Assembly: GCA_964016885.1 (NCBI GenBank)
Contig: CAXHJY010001555.1
Span: 1-64,000 of the forward strand
Length of the DNA: 64,000 bases
Origin: Eledone cirrhosa
Taxonomy: Eukaryota
Direction: 5' to 3'
Shown: positions 50,595 through 63,919 of the stretch, piece after piece
Position numbering within the stretch: position 1 is the first letter of the stretch
How the letters are laid out: every line of letters begins with the position of its first letter
Made by a program: the position numbers and the translations under genes
Notes under the pieces: generated by a model
Told to the model about the DNA's origin: nothing
The model's input: the letters and a program-made list of their open reading frames with translations, nothing else
Databases searched by the model: none

Positions 50595-51006
50595 TGTCCA
50601 CAATCAATATAATGAAGCAATGTTTCACATTTTTAACTAACATGTCTCAAAATTAAAACCATTTTGCTTTGAAAGAACCTAATATTATTAAATCAATTTG
50701 AATACATTTAATGATTGTAAATTTGAGATATGAAATACGGCTGCGCATATTGCGGTGGTTTGATCCGATATAACTTTTGTCAGAAGGTATGTAGGCGGAA
50801 ATTCCAGAATTGACGGCAGATGGCGGGATTTCAGTGTTTCAAACAACTAAATAGATAATTCGATAGATTCCTTACGTAAAATGAGAAAATATCGATGCAG
50901 ATACAGAGAACTTGATAGAACACTAATCTGATCGATATCGAAATAATTGTAATATGGTAATAACGTGTTTATATATACTGAACACTGACTTCGACTCTAC
51001 AAATCT

Positions 51007-51187
<181 letters not shown>

Positions 51188-51342
51188 TCGGCAAGCCCCA
51201 CAAGCTTGCTTGATGAGGAGGGTGATTTTGGAAACCCAACAGGATGAAAAACGAAAACCGTCAAAGGACGCAGGATTTCATGAGAGTCAACGGCCATACA
51301 ATAAAGATTTTTTTGTGGAGCTAGGGACTCCTAGTCTTCATT

Positions 51343-51375
51343 AGGCTGCGTGTTCGAATCACGTCGGGGTCACCA
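51343..51375 (-). other. tRNA-Trp primer-binding site (33-nt complement of the tRNA 3' end including CCA)
   Basis: The plus strand reads AGGCTGCGTGTTCGAATCACGTCGGGGTCACCA, matching the metazoan tRNA-Trp 3' half plus CCA. The minus strand begins TGGTGACCCCGACGTGAT. Confidence 0.8.
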
Positions 51376-51376
51376 A

Positions 51377-51832
51377 TTTAGCAGTTAGTGTATTGTGAAG
51401 TTGTAATGTTGCCACGAGGAACCTTCTTTGGTAGAAAGATATGATAGGAATATCGACAACGACTTTAGCTTGTTTTTACATAATTTATTAACAAAGGTTA
51501 AGAAGTGAATTAGGTTGGCATGCCAAGAATAATGAAATAATTCAATTAAGGTTACAAGAGAAAATACGGTCGACTGGCTGAGGCGTTTGGCCTTGTTCCG
51601 TAGTAAAATTGTTGTGTCGTTACATATTGTTTGTGCTTACGGAGCAAAAGAACAAGTGGTGTTTTACCTTAGCGTGGTCGAGCTGCAAGTCCTAGATTTC
51701 TCAAATCTTCGCGGGCTATTTCTCCCTCAGAACGCGTAGGGATACATTCTCTTCCCCTGGCGCTGATTGGCTGAGCTGAGCCAAATCACGCACAGAGAAT
51801 GTATGTGAGCCCGCGGAATGTAGGTCACTACA
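51377..51832 (-). mobile_element. Probable Gypsy-type 5' LTR
   Basis: The minus strand starts TGTAG and ends CTAAA (CTACA with one change), 1 nt before the PBS. There is a CCAAT motif near 51765 and AATAAA near 51485. No gag or pol sequence was found. Confidence 0.55.
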
Positions 51833-52117
51833 AGGTCAATCTGATATAAAACTTGCGACATCGTTTGCATCAAATGAAATAGACCAGTTCTTCTTTTTTT
51901 GTAAATGCATTTCATTTTTAGAGAGTGGGATTGGCCCATTGCAAAGCCTTTCGTCACTTCAAAAAACTTCATTCAGAGGCATCGCTTGTTATGAGACACT
52001 TTTGCGATGCATGGTATTCCTGGGCTTAGGCAAGACCGTTACGGTACTAAAAAGCCACGTTTGTGATAATCATGCTTAAGAATCAAGCGATGGAATTACT
52101 CGAAATCGAGTTGCAGA

Positions 52118-52157
<40 letters not shown>

Positions 52158-52423
52158 CAGCGATTATATATATAAAGCAGCCATTCTTTGCATAAACTTT
52201 AATCTGTTATTTTAATATATATATATATATGACCAAAGATTAATATGGTTCATTGATTACTCAATGAATATAGTTTTACAATAGATTAAAAGCACTCTAC
52301 AGTGAAGTTTTCTGGAGTTATTAATATTATTCAGAATATTAATAAATGAAGACATTCACATAATCAAAATATATGTTTTATTATATATATTTCGAAGGGA
52401 CGGTGCTGTTTATTAATATTCCG

Positions 52424-52492
<69 letters not shown>

Positions 52493-52660
52493 TACAAGGG
52501 TAGATAAAGTTTTGTTTATGTATATCAGTAAAGAATGCTTAAACAAGAAAACTGCTTACCAGTCAGTTTGACTCGACGGTATCCTTTGAATTGTATAGCA
52601 TAAATATCCATATATATACCCATATATATATATATATATCCATATATATGTATATATATA

Positions 52661-52862
52661 CTTCGTTTTTGAATTTGTTTTGCAAAATTTCTTATCTGTA
52701 AACGTGTGTTGAAACAGATATTGTTATACTTATGGAGGGTCATGCTGCCGACAAAACCATGCGCACCTGTTTGTTTTCACATCAATTTATTACAAATGTT
52801 CGCTTGGTTGGTTCAATAACCGGAAATTTGTAATAGACTTAAGTGAAAACAAACAGGTGCCT
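52661..52862. mobile_element. Diverged pLTR-tail copy of the 1-210 family with a small internal inversion
   Basis: ttgttatacttatggagggtcatg; gcacctgtttgttttcac is mirrored by gtgaaaacaaacaggtgc. Confidence 0.6.
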
Positions 52863-52885
52863 GTATTTTTATTTACAGCATATAT

Positions 52886-52924
<39 letters not shown>

Positions 52925-53482
52925 TCCAGTCACGCGCTGGGATCGATTTAATCGACTTTCTTCTCCCTCAAAATTGCTAGCCTTGTCCCTATAGAAGAAA
53001 CCATTATTTGGAGCAGTGAAAACAGTTACACGAAAAGACAAAACCACGTTTATGGTATAACTGAAGTCGTAGACTAATATTATATTAGGTGGTTCGTGGA
53101 GATGTTCGCTGGCAATGAACGGAAAAAACGAAGATAATATGTCATTATGTGGGGCGTGGAGAACAATTTCACGCAAAGACAAAACCACGTTTATGGTATA
53201 ACTGAAGTCGTAGACTAAAATTCTATTTAGGAAACCGAATGATTCTCGGCTTCACAGTTAAGAATAATGTAAATAAGTTACAGAGGTAATTGAAATCAAC
53301 AAAAATTAAATATATACATGCACGCATCCATATACGTACATACACATGCATACGCGAAAACACCCGGCATGGGTATGCAAATACAATCACGTACACAAAA
53401 ACACTCACGCACATACAGAACCCACGCAGCGCATGTACCCGCACACATACAAACATATACACCAAATACACATAATATATAG

Positions 53483-53535
<53 letters not shown>

Positions 53536-53934
53536 ATAGATATAATTATATAAACGTATATAAATATATACACATAAATACGTATATAACGCGTGCGCAC
53601 ACATACCTATATGTAAATACACATATGTTCGCTAAACTTATGTCAACTAAAACACAAAGTACACATATACACACACCCTACATACGTGCGAACCCGCATA
53701 CTCACACAGACGCAAAACTCACGTATACACATAACCATATGCACATGTACCAGTATATATAATATTATATATACGCATATAACATATACAAGCAAATATT
53801 CGTACGAGAAAGTATACATACCTTCACAAAACATACACTTAATATATACTTACCTATACAAATAAGTAATTGTATAAACATAACATATACTTAGCTACCA
53901 CATCAAGACGTAAATTATCCGAGTATAGTTCGTA

Positions 53935-55993
53935 CTATCCGTTAGGGTATAATGTAGGGCTGTAATACAGGAACGTTTTGTGCAATTTATGTTTACAAGC
54001 CGAAATTGCCTCAGACATTTTGTTTAAGATGTGGTCTTTGGCGTAGAGTATTTCCAGGGCTTCAGTGGCGCAGAGGTCACATGGTCTTTTATTTCCGTTA
54101 TACGATCTAGCTTTAGCTAGGATCTCCCAGTGTGACTTATATTGGATGCGGTTGTCTTTTAGACTCCAGATATAGGCTGAAAGTGACGTCATATTCCTTC
54201 TTAAAGGGTTAAGAAAAGAATGGGTATGCATGTAAAGACGCTGCTTGAATCTATTGGCGGTTAACCCTATGTAGGCCCTACGGGACGTGGGTGTTTCAAC
54301 CTTACATTTGTAGACAATGTTACTAGAGAGGTATTTCCTGGATTCCTACAATTACAGTTAGTACTAGCTCCAGGGTTGCACGTGTTCCTACGGCTAGGTA
54401 ATTTAGCTAAATTTGAAGCCGTGATGTTATGTGCAAGGTTAGGAGTCGTAGAGTAAGAAATTTTAATGGTAGTTCTATTAAAAATGTTACTATATTTATG
54501 TGCTGGGGAGAAAATGCTTCATAATAAGGGAAAGAAAGATCTTAGCTAATGATGTGGCCTCCTCCATATTATATGGTGGGTTATACAACATAATGCGTCG
54601 GGATCTATTTTTCCTAGGTTTATGCTCATACTCTGTATATGCTACCTTATCGACAAATCCACTCCGAGCAAGAGCTTCATTGTAATATGTGGAATGGTCG
54701 GTGAAAATATGCTTGTTTGTAGATAGACGGGAAAGCCTCAAAGAAACGTTTCTTACCAGGTTCTTGGTTATGCTGGCAGGATGGTTAGAATGCTCACTTA
54801 TGTAATTAAGCGTATCATTCGGCTTTCTATACGGGTAGTGCAAGCCATTCGACAAATTGATGGTAACGTAGAGGTAATTAACCACCGATAGGTTGGCCTC
54901 AACCTGTATTGAGAAGGCCGTGAGTTCTTTTCTGAACCTGTCGCAAGCACGTGGGCTGCACTTTGTCATGGTCAAAAGACCGTCATCACGGTACAAACCA
55001 CCACCCACGTTGGGGAATTCTTCCTTGATAAAGAAAAGAAGGAAAAGGCCGATAAGATCAGTAACCTCCGCAGAATAGCTGGCGCCCATACTCACGTCGA
55101 ATGGGGGTACTATTAGATTTGTTTATCCAAATAGAGTCGTCGAAATTAATCACCAACTTACGGGCATTGAGGATAACATCAACTTCGAAATCCTTAACCA
55201 CTGTGAGTGTTTTAGCGGAATTGATAGCTCTAAGAAGAAGTGGTAAAATGATGTCGAATTGGATAAAACGGCAATGTTCCTTGTTGCATATGGCGTTGAA
55301 CCAATCGATTATCGCGAAAAAATTGTTCCACAGTGCAGGAGGGGCCAAACATCTAATTTCAGGTTTAATTCTATCTAAAATCCTTTTACCAAGTCTACCT
55401 AAAATGGACTTTGTAGGGTTAATAAGCCGAATAGAGGGTTGTTCGGGAAATTGGATTTGTGATTCTTCAGGTTAAAGTCGGGAGAAATAGGGTCCAGAGG
55501 TTCAGCCCGGTCCAGGATGTTGAAATCAGAGGTGATTAAACCCAGCATCGTTGATGTCAATGATGCTCCGATTAGTTTTACGGTAATCCTTAGTTACAGC
55601 ATTATGTAGTTGTTGATGGTAAGTACTGCGCTCCACTCGATATAGATTGCCAGTTTTGTCGGAATGGACGTGCACGGCATTAGAATCCTTAATAGAACGA
55701 ATTCTATTCTTCAGGTCCTGCTGGAAGGAATTGCTCCTATTCTAAAATTTGATACTCTGTATGAGTTTCAAGACATCATTTTCAAAGCGTAGCAATGCTG
55801 GGTTACACAGAGGATAGGTTTTAAACCCAAATTTATCCAGTTTGTAGTCCGCTTTTTCCTGATTATCGAAATAAAAGGCACGCCAACGCAATCTTTTAAT
55901 GAACGTGTCTGTTTTCTGTATCAGGAGTTTTAGGTATGTTTTCCTGCTTGGTACGGGTATGTTCTTTGTAGAAATATTCAGATGTTTCTGCAT
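53935..55993 (-). pseudogene. Disrupted PLE RT-GIY-YIG ORF
   Basis: STKNIPVP..FIKRLRWRAF..FGFKT, SDKTGNLY, FIQFDI, MGASYSAEVTD, GLYRDD, SNHP, YIGLT..FKQR, CDLC, CKH, with several frameshifts and deletions. Confidence 0.9.
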
Positions 55994-56160
55994 GATGAAT
56001 ATAAGTTAATAGAGTGCTCAACTGAGGGAGCCAAATAGTAATATTAATACATTTGAATACAAAAATCCAAAGAGGGATCGATAAGGATAAATATATATCA
56101 AATATATAAGAACCGTAGAGCAAATATTTATTAAAATAAAAGATTTAAGTTTAAGCAAAG

Positions 56161-56200
56161 AATCGCTGCTTTCACCCTTAACGGGATCTTCTGAAACTAA
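56161..56200 (-). ncRNA. Possible degenerate hammerhead upstream of the PLE ORF
   Basis: CAGAAGA-TCCC(gttaa)GGGT-GAAAGC: mutated core, with no clear stem I or cleavage triplet. Confidence 0.35.
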
Positions 56201-57089
56201 AAAAGTCAACCTGTGAACGCAGAAGTAAATATTTCAAAAAACGTTGCAACCGAAGGATGACAGGAAGACGATACTTTGGTTCGTGGAAAAGTTCCCTGGC
56301 AAAGAACGAAGATAATACGTCATTATTTGGAGCGGTGAAAACAATTACACGCAAAGACAAAACCACGTTTATGGTATAAATGAAGTCGTAGACTAATATT
56401 CTATTAGGTGGTTCGGGGAGACGTTCTCTGGCAATGAACGGAAAAAACGAAGATAATACGTGATTATGTGGAGCGGCGATCAGGACAAATCACACGCAAA
56501 GACAAAACCACGTTTATGGTATAACTGAAGTCGTAGACTAAAATTCTATTTAGGAAACCGAACGATTCTCGGCTTCAGAGTTAAGAATAATGTAAATAAT
56601 TACAGAGGTAATTGAAATCAACAAAAATTAAATATATACATGCACGCATCCATATACGTACATACACATGTATACGCGAAAATACCGGCCATGAGTATCC
56701 AAATACAAGCACGTACACAAAAGTACGCATACATCTTTCCTTTCTTTTCCGTTCAATTACTACTGGGAGTTTTGGGGAAAAATCCTCTCACACGCTCTTC
56801 AGAGGATCCTATCACAGGTAGCCCTATCCATTGATCCAGATAGACCCCATCCGAGGCCAAACGAGATCATGGACGTTATCCAATCATTTGGCCACATGTA
56901 ATTATGATCGTATTCTTTCGGCTATTATGCGAGATTGACGAGCATAGTTACAAACACTGAATTTAATTTTCAAAGCATGTTAATTCTGTTCATGTATATA
57001 AGTATGCTGACTCTTCGCAGCGTTCGACAGTCATATTGAATGGTTTCGTCTTAGCACTGTTAGCCAAACACAGATTCTAATGTCATTTT

Positions 57090-57570
57090 ATAGATACATC
57101 AGTGTAAGATGTTGACCGTCGATCCCATACATTTGCAGAACATTCCTAAACAAGCTCTGTAGAATGTGGTCGTATACATAGGCTTTTAACATAAAACGAG
57201 ACGGTATACTCTGACTGACTCGTGTGTGCTCGGTTGCCTGGATATCTGGAAAGGCACCAAAACAATGGCAATCGAGAATGATAATCCCAATTTCCAAAAA
57301 TGGAAGACCAGACAGATTTCTCTAATTATTGAGGAATCTTCTTGTTAAGCATGATCGGTAAAGTCCTTGCTAAGTGTCTGGCAAAGAGATTTAGAGATTC
57401 TGTCAAGTCCAAGGTAACTGTGGTCTTCACACCGAACATAGTACAGCCGACCAATTATTCACTCTCTGGCAGATCTTCAGAAAGTCGCGGATGTATAGCC
57501 AGGAAGTGTATTGCTTCGTGGACATCGAATAGTCATACGACCACATTCCACAGAGCTTGTTTAGGAATGG
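57090..57570. mobile_element. RTE-like LINE RT fragments in both orientations
   Basis: Plus strand: WISGKAPKQWQ..IIPI.K.G..SNY..LLS.IGKVLAKCL..DQLFTL.QIF..FVD. Minus strand: YDHI.QSLFRNVLQMYGIDG. Related to 31957-32500. Confidence 0.7.
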
Positions 57571-57630
57571 TTGTTTCCACTACTGCCCATCTCCTCAATC
57601 TTTCTAATTCTTTGTTAATTTCTTATTTTA

Positions 57631-57668
57631 TTTCCTGAAGAAGGAGTAGTGTGTCCGAAACGTTAAGA
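57631..57668 (+). ncRNA. Minimal hammerhead in a solo Neptune-type pLTR fragment (about 57575-57750)
   Basis: CTGAAGA-A-GGA(gtagtgtg)TCC-GAAACGTT-AAGA. The downstream sequence resembles 34300-34360. Confidence 0.7.
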
Positions 57669-58109
57669 CTTTTCCCTACTACATCAAGCGTAAAACTAAT
57701 AATATATTTCTTCATTGTACTGTGTATTATGCTTTGGTATTTCTGTATGACTTTTGCGTTGCCCGAGTTATTGCTGTTCTTATTCAGATTAGTAAACAAT
57801 AAATATGAAGAAATGTTTTTTTTCCTCATAATTATTTCAAAATTTCTATATTTTATTAAGAAAAATATCAAAATTGTAATGATAATAGAATTTAGAAATG
57901 AAAATCTATCAATCTTGAAGCACCTTTGGGTAAACAATATTGATTGTGTAATTCATGTATGTGTAGATGTGTGTGTGTATTCAATAACGTAACTAATGAA
58001 CTCATAAACACACACACACACTCAGACATATACATATTCATATACAAAATGAGACGTCCGATTGTTTTATCCAAATGAAAATAAAAATTATCACACATGC
58101 ACTCACACA

Positions 58110-58605
58110 CACTTTCACATACACTCAACATATACTAAGAGAGACATACACAGACATACATTCACGCACACCTGTCTGTCATCACATATGTATCTGTATG
58201 TGTAGATGTGTGCGTGTGTATTTAATCGTTTGTGTGCACTCATATACAAAATGTGACGTTGCCGTGGAGGTGGAGGTTTACTATAGTTGACTAAAGAAAA
58301 TATTGTTATGTCAGTCAACACGCACACACACGCACACGCACACACACATACACACACTCTAACATACATTCACATACATATACTAAGACAGACACACATG
58401 CAAAACGTGACGTCTACACTCTCACATACACTGCCACACACTATGAGTATGTATGTATAGATGTGTAAGTGTTTAATTCTTTGAGGCCTAACATACATAA
58501 CAAATGCACAGACACACACAGACTCACAGACACACTCATATACAAAATGTGAGTCGTCGTCGTGTTGGTTGTGGTTTACTATAGTTGACTATAACAAATA
58601 TTATT
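58110..58605 (+). repeat. Degenerate tandem duplication of about 300 bp
   Basis: catatacaaaatgtga...ggtttactatagttgacta occurs at about 58241 and 58537. Confidence 0.55.
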
Positions 58606-58619
58606 TAAGATAAAATCTT

Positions 58620-58779
58620 ATATTGTTTTAATCCAAATGAAACTAAAAGTTACATGTTGACACTCCCGGGGTCTAATACTATTAACCTTGTACAATTTGA
58701 TTTGATTTGGCCCAGCCGTTAGAGAATGCATAGGAACAGACAGACAGACAGACAACAAAGAATGTTGTATATATATAGA
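58620..58779 (-). mobile_element. Possible non-autonomous Helitron 5' end
   Basis: The minus strand begins TCTATATATATA, followed by (CTGT)n and aacggctgggccaaat, a layout seen in invertebrate non-autonomous Helitrons. Confidence 0.4.
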
Positions 58780-59248
58780 AAAATTGTGTGTATGTATGTA
58801 TGTATGTGTGCATATGTATTTATGTGTATGTATGTATCTATGTACGTACTTACGTATGTATGCATGTATGTGTCTTTGTATATATAAATGTATATGTGTG
58901 TGTACGTATGTATGTATATGTATGTATGCATATCTATATATGTATGCTCTCATGTATGTTTGTAAATGTATATGTATTTATATCTATGTATATGTACATA
59001 TGTTTATACAAGGACATGTATGTATGCATCATGAGTGTGTATGAATGTATATGTATTTATATGTATGTAATGTACCTACGTGTATGCGTGTGTATGTATA
59101 TATGCACTCATGTATGTGCTCAGCCAACCAAACCTGTATGATTATATGGTACATAAGTACAACTGTATATTGAGGTTAACTTATTACTATTTTTTAAATT
59201 CTTATTTCATTTACATTCGTCTTAGGTACATCGCTTACTATGTAAATC

Positions 59249-59742
59249 ATAAACAACGACTTCGGTAGTTTCCGCCTGCTTTCCTAGTCGCTAAACAGGT
59301 CATTACACACACACACACACATACACACACACACACACATTTATTTATATTTATATATATATATATATATATACACGCACACACACACATATATATATAT
59401 ATGTATATATACAGGGTGTCCCACAAAATGTATATATACTTTGATTAGAAAGGCTGTTTAAGTATGTATACATTTTTTAGGGACATCATATTTATATATG
59501 TATATATATATATATATATAAATATATATATATAAATACTTGTTTGCGTGTGTGTTTGTATGTATTATGTATGTATATATGTATTTGTATGTGTGTATGT
59601 ATGTCTCTATGTATCTGTGTATTCTGCAATCTCTCCGTACATTACAGATATTGCCGAACTCACACACAGACACACGCATATTGTAAATGGACTGTTTTAG
59701 CGACTACGAAATCTCGTGGAAACTACCTAAGATATTGTTTAT
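59249..59742. mobile_element. Old MITE-like element with about 57-bp diverged TIRs
   Basis: ggtagtttcc..tagtcgctaaacag at 59251-59306 is mirrored at 59683-59740. Confidence 0.55.
59412..59490. mobile_element. Tiny Tc1/mariner-type MITE nested in the previous element
   Basis: TA|CAGGGTGTCCCACAAAATGTATA...TATACATTTTTTAGGGACATCATA. Confidence 0.55.
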
Positions 59743-59770
59743 TTTTATCGGTAGAGCCGGCCCTTGTGGC

Positions 59771-59986
59771 CAATAAATGAAACTATTATTATCCGTAGAG
59801 TGTCGAACAACATGCTTTGCGATATATTGTTACGGCCCTTAACGTTCTGAGTTCAAATCCAGTCGAGGTTAGCTTTACCTTTTATACTTATGGTTAGCTT
59901 TAGCTTTTATACTTATGGGATAAAATAAGGTACCAGTAATGCACTGGGGTCGATTTCATCAACTTACACCTCCCCTGAAATTGTTG
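59771..59986 (+). mobile_element. Decayed SINE (family A) with a small internal tandem duplication
   Basis: ctgagttcaaatcc; ggttagcttta..tttatacttat occurs twice; taccagtaatgcactggggtcgat. Confidence 0.65.
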
Positions 59987-60384
59987 ACGCGGGAAAGGTT
60001 GGGTTATTCGCAGTTCCCAGTGTGCGCCTGAAAATGCTAGCGACCCTGGGCGCCCATATTGGATTTTCAATAGCAACCTTTGCTAGGTGTTTTTATGGCA
60101 GATCAATTTTTTGTGTGGAACTATCACTAGCTGTTAAGTCCTTCTTCTATCCAGTTTTCTTAATTCAGAGTGAATAAGCCGGGGATGTTTGAGCTCGAAG
60201 AGTATCGAACTTATTCAACAAACTTATGTATAAGAATAGAAAATTTACTGTCTTAGCGCAGGCCGGTGGGAGTGAATTGGTACTCACAAGGGAGCGGGTG
60301 AAAAACCCCAAAACACGCAATTCATCCGTTCCCTTGTCGATCCAATTTGGATTGCCTCGGAAACATAACCTTATTATGTAACAA

Positions 60385-60458
60385 GCTGCCTGATGATGAC
60401 ACGACACTCGCACACAGAACAGTGTGGCCAGTGTCGTCACTGAAATATATATCACAGC
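60385..60458 (+). ncRNA. Type I hammerhead with a 45-nt stem II and (AU)n stem III
   Basis: GCTGc-CTGATGA-..ACGACACT..CACAC(agaaca)GTGTG..AGTGTCGT..-GAAATATATATC-aCAGC. Confidence 0.72.
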
Positions 60459-61574
60459 ATTATTATTATTAAAGGATTTGAACATCTGAAACTACTTCGC
60501 TTTTCCTTATTCGATATTTACTCCGTCACTCCTATGTGGAAAAAAGTACGTTGAGTGCTTGAATTGCATCAATGTTTACCCTATGTATGTATGTATGTAT
60601 GTATGTATGTATGTATGTATGTATGTATGTATGTATGTATGTATGTATGTATGTGTGCGCATGCGCGTGCGCGTGCGTGTGTGTACGTACCTATCGCGTC
60701 CCATTATTTATGACTATATTATGTGAATCGTGGAAAATTTCGCTGCTATAGTTTAGAATTAATATGGCTATGAAACTAAATATTGAATAGAATTATAGTC
60801 TCGTTGTTTTAAGTTTATTCTCACCACCTCTTCTGTTCTTTAATTGAGTATTACGCGTGATTTATCTTCTGAACATATCTTTAAAAGGATAGGATTTCCA
60901 AGTAAAGAAACAGAAACTTAGGAATAGATGCTAATAAATGTTAAGGTAACTAACTATCAGGCAGGATTCCTTATGAGGATAATTAGGTTCAAGTAGAAAT
61001 AAATAATCAAATAATTAAGAAGGTAATATACTGGGATTTATGTGAACACATCTTGTTTAAATTAGTTAAATATACCCTCTATATATATCATTTGAAGCTA
61101 CACAAGTTAAATGTTTTCTCCGAGGTATCGATTTTTATTCATTGATTCGTTCTACAGCTGTATGCCAGAAGTTAATTTGTGTTATCAAGCAACTATAGTA
61201 ACGCCTTACAAAATATATAATCAGATAATGTTTTAGTTCATTAGATGAGACAATTCTCTACACAGAGAATATGATTACAAAGAAGACAGATTTTAATTTC
61301 TTAGAGATTAAACTGATATCGAATGAACTATTTTAACGTAACAGCAGACCTTTAAATAATTACTTTGCAATGCCTACATTGAAAATTCAAGACAATTGTA
61401 ATGAAATAATGTTTGACACATATCTAACACTCTTTTTCTAATTATTTACACAATTTCAACTGATGTGTTAAGATTATTGCTAACCTTAGTTAGATGGTCG
61501 ACAAAATAGGACCAGAGCAACTGGATTTCGTTTCAAATACAGATGTCGACAAATTTCAAGTACTGAGACATTGA

Positions 61575-61906
61575 AAAACTGGCACTCCATCGGTTACGAT
61601 GACGAATATTCCGGTTGATACGATCAGGTTGGAAGAACCTGCTCGTGAAATTAACGTGCAAGTGACTGAGCATTCTACAGACACGTGTACCCTTAACATA
61701 TTTATCAGAACGATTCAGCGTGACACAGAATATGACAAGGCCGACCCTTCGAATTACAGGTACAACACGTTTGCCAGTTGGGTGGACTAGAGTGACGTGA
61801 AATAAAGTGTCTTGCTCAAGGACACACAACGCGCCACCGTGAATCAAATTCACGACCTTTCGATCCTCAGTTGAATACTCTAGCCACTAAGCTACGCGCC
61901 TTCACG
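61575..61906 (-). mobile_element. tRNA-derived SINE (family B, V/Nin-like domains)
   Basis: Head ggcgcgtagcttagtggctagag, tgtgtccttgagcaagacacttt, cacttgcacgttaat. Related pieces lie at about 32520-32575 and 46205-46350. Confidence 0.75.
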
Positions 61907-62848
61907 AAACATTAAAATACTGCCTTGTTCATAGTGCTGTGTTCTTTTATCGACCACAGAGGGATGACAGTATAATCTGTATAATTTGAACTCAATACGT
62001 ATGGTTTGTATAAAACGAGCGAATCTTATAGTTACTCTGATTTAACTGAAGTGCGTACTAGATGTTCTGACATATCAAATTACAATGCACGATCTATTTC
62101 TCAAAAGTTCAAAGCTTCAAAAGTCCGTAGTTTCTTTCTGAAGATCTGAAGTTATAGCATACAAAGGTTTGAATTTTCCAATAAAACAATTAATTTTATC
62201 TCTTCTGGATACTGTTTAATTAAGTATATAACGCCAACTTTCTGTGGGCGTTTGATAGCGGGACTCATTAGTCATAGCAGATAGATCGTTATCGTTTTGA
62301 TATAAGCTATCTACACTCCATTTATCATCCACTTTATCATCTACAAGCACTGGCCGGTCTAACGGATGTGGAAGCAAAAAAAAAAAAAAACGAAAAAAAA
62401 AAAGAAATTGCCAACATAATTGTTTCAGTGTCTATCTATCATTCACATTTTCTGAAGATGTTCGTTTACATTCTGTCGACAGTTGACCGGCAAATCAAGA
62501 AAAATAGACACTTATTGGTAACCACAAAAGGAATCATATAATAACTTCTCATATTCCTACTTTTGTAACGTAACTTATTCAATTTAGTTTCTCGTCAGAA
62601 CCTAATTTGCCAGCTTAAGAAATCTTTACAAAGTATGCTCTATAAGCAAACATTTCATGACATTAACTCTTACATTACAAGGGATATTTATATATCTAAC
62701 GCTTCCTAATACTGATCATGAAAACTGACTCACGTTTGTAAATCAATATATAAAAAAGAGTACGGACCCTTATTGACAATCCAATCGTTGATACTTACAT
62801 TGTGTTGAATTTAATTTTCAAAGAACAAATTAAAACATATTTCCTTCC

Positions 62849-62969
62849 ATTCTGAGTTCAAATCCCGCCGAGGTTAACTTTGCCTTTCATCCTACGGGGT
62901 CGATAAAATAAAGTACCAGTAATACACTGGGTTATTGCTGGCCTTGTGCCTAACGTAGAAACAATTATT
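62849..62969 (+). mobile_element. 5'-truncated SINE (family A)
   Basis: ctgagttcaaatcccgccgaggttaactttgcctttcatcc..gtagaaacaattatt. Confidence 0.82.
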
Positions 62970-63315
62970 TCCTCTTAATTAAGTGAATTCTGAAGCTGTG
63001 ACATATATTCATTAAAGCTGCAGAAAGAAAGTTTCACATGGAAGTTGAAGTAAAGGTAAACTAGTAAGACTTCAAAACAGCAGATAATCTAATCAAAAGA
63101 CCCAAACGGCTATTGATGTAGTCTATTATCTCTTGGTATCCAGTCACTATTAAAGTGATCGATAATAAAGTGGAGGCTCTTTCTCAATAATTATTATAAA
63201 AACAGTTTAATAAACCTCTTGAACAGGAGAATTAAACTCTGCACTGTATTTTTACGATTCAAGATAAGTTTCAGAAGAATAAAAGCAGGAAAATATATAT
63301 GTCTGGGAAAATTAA

Positions 63316-63431
63316 AGGCGGCGAATTTTCAAAAGCAGTAGAACGTCGAGGGCTTTCTGTATTTGATTTCAAATCCCACCGAGGCCAGTTCTGCCTTTTA
63401 TCATTCAGGTGTCGATAAATAAATTACCAGT
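63316..63431 (+). mobile_element. Decayed SINE (family A)
   Basis: aggcggcgaatt..ttcaaatcccaccgagg..gtcgataaataaattaccag. Confidence 0.6.
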
Positions 63432-63919
63432 CTGAATTGATGCATCCTTAGTAGGTCAGATGTAATGTTTTGTGCCATCTGTGTCGGCTCCTCTCATTCT
63501 GATTTAGCGTCACACCGTGGCCAACTTGAGTGGTAGACATACTCAGTCACCTGGTTTAACAATCCCACCTTGACCATGTTGAAGCTAAATTTATATATAT
63601 ATATATATGTGTGTGCGGGGGGGGGGGGGGGGGCTAAGTGCATGTATGTGTGTGTGTATCAGCTTTGACTACTCAATACCAATGTATGGTACCGCTGCTA
63701 TTCTGCGCCTCTTTTAGCATAAAATTTAAGTGCACCATTATAGATTACTGAACTCAAATACGGCACCCATTATATTGTTCTTCTGAAAACATTTTACCTA
63801 TGTATTGGCCACAATGTTCCTTGTCTGCTCTGGGTTAATTCCTGGTTATACATATCAACATATATGGATTTAAATTATGAAAACATTTAAAGTTTTAAAG
63901 AGATTTTGTTGTCTTTTAC

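Larger units (their letters stand above)
53002..56722 (-). mobile_element. Near full-length degenerate PLE (probably Hydra clade, fourth family) with direct pLTRs
   Basis: Direct repeats of about 400 bp at 53002-53400 and 56321-56722 flank a broken ORF. Confidence 0.9.

Noticed and set aside
51315-51375. Intact tRNA gene
   Set aside because: Only the 3' half matches, the CCA is encoded, and there is no D arm or 5' acceptor strand; better read as a PBS or retro-fragment.
53035-56541. CRISPR-like repeat-spacer pattern
   Set aside because: The intervening sequences are themselves homologous, the context is eukaryotic and there are no cas genes; these are pLTR tandem units.
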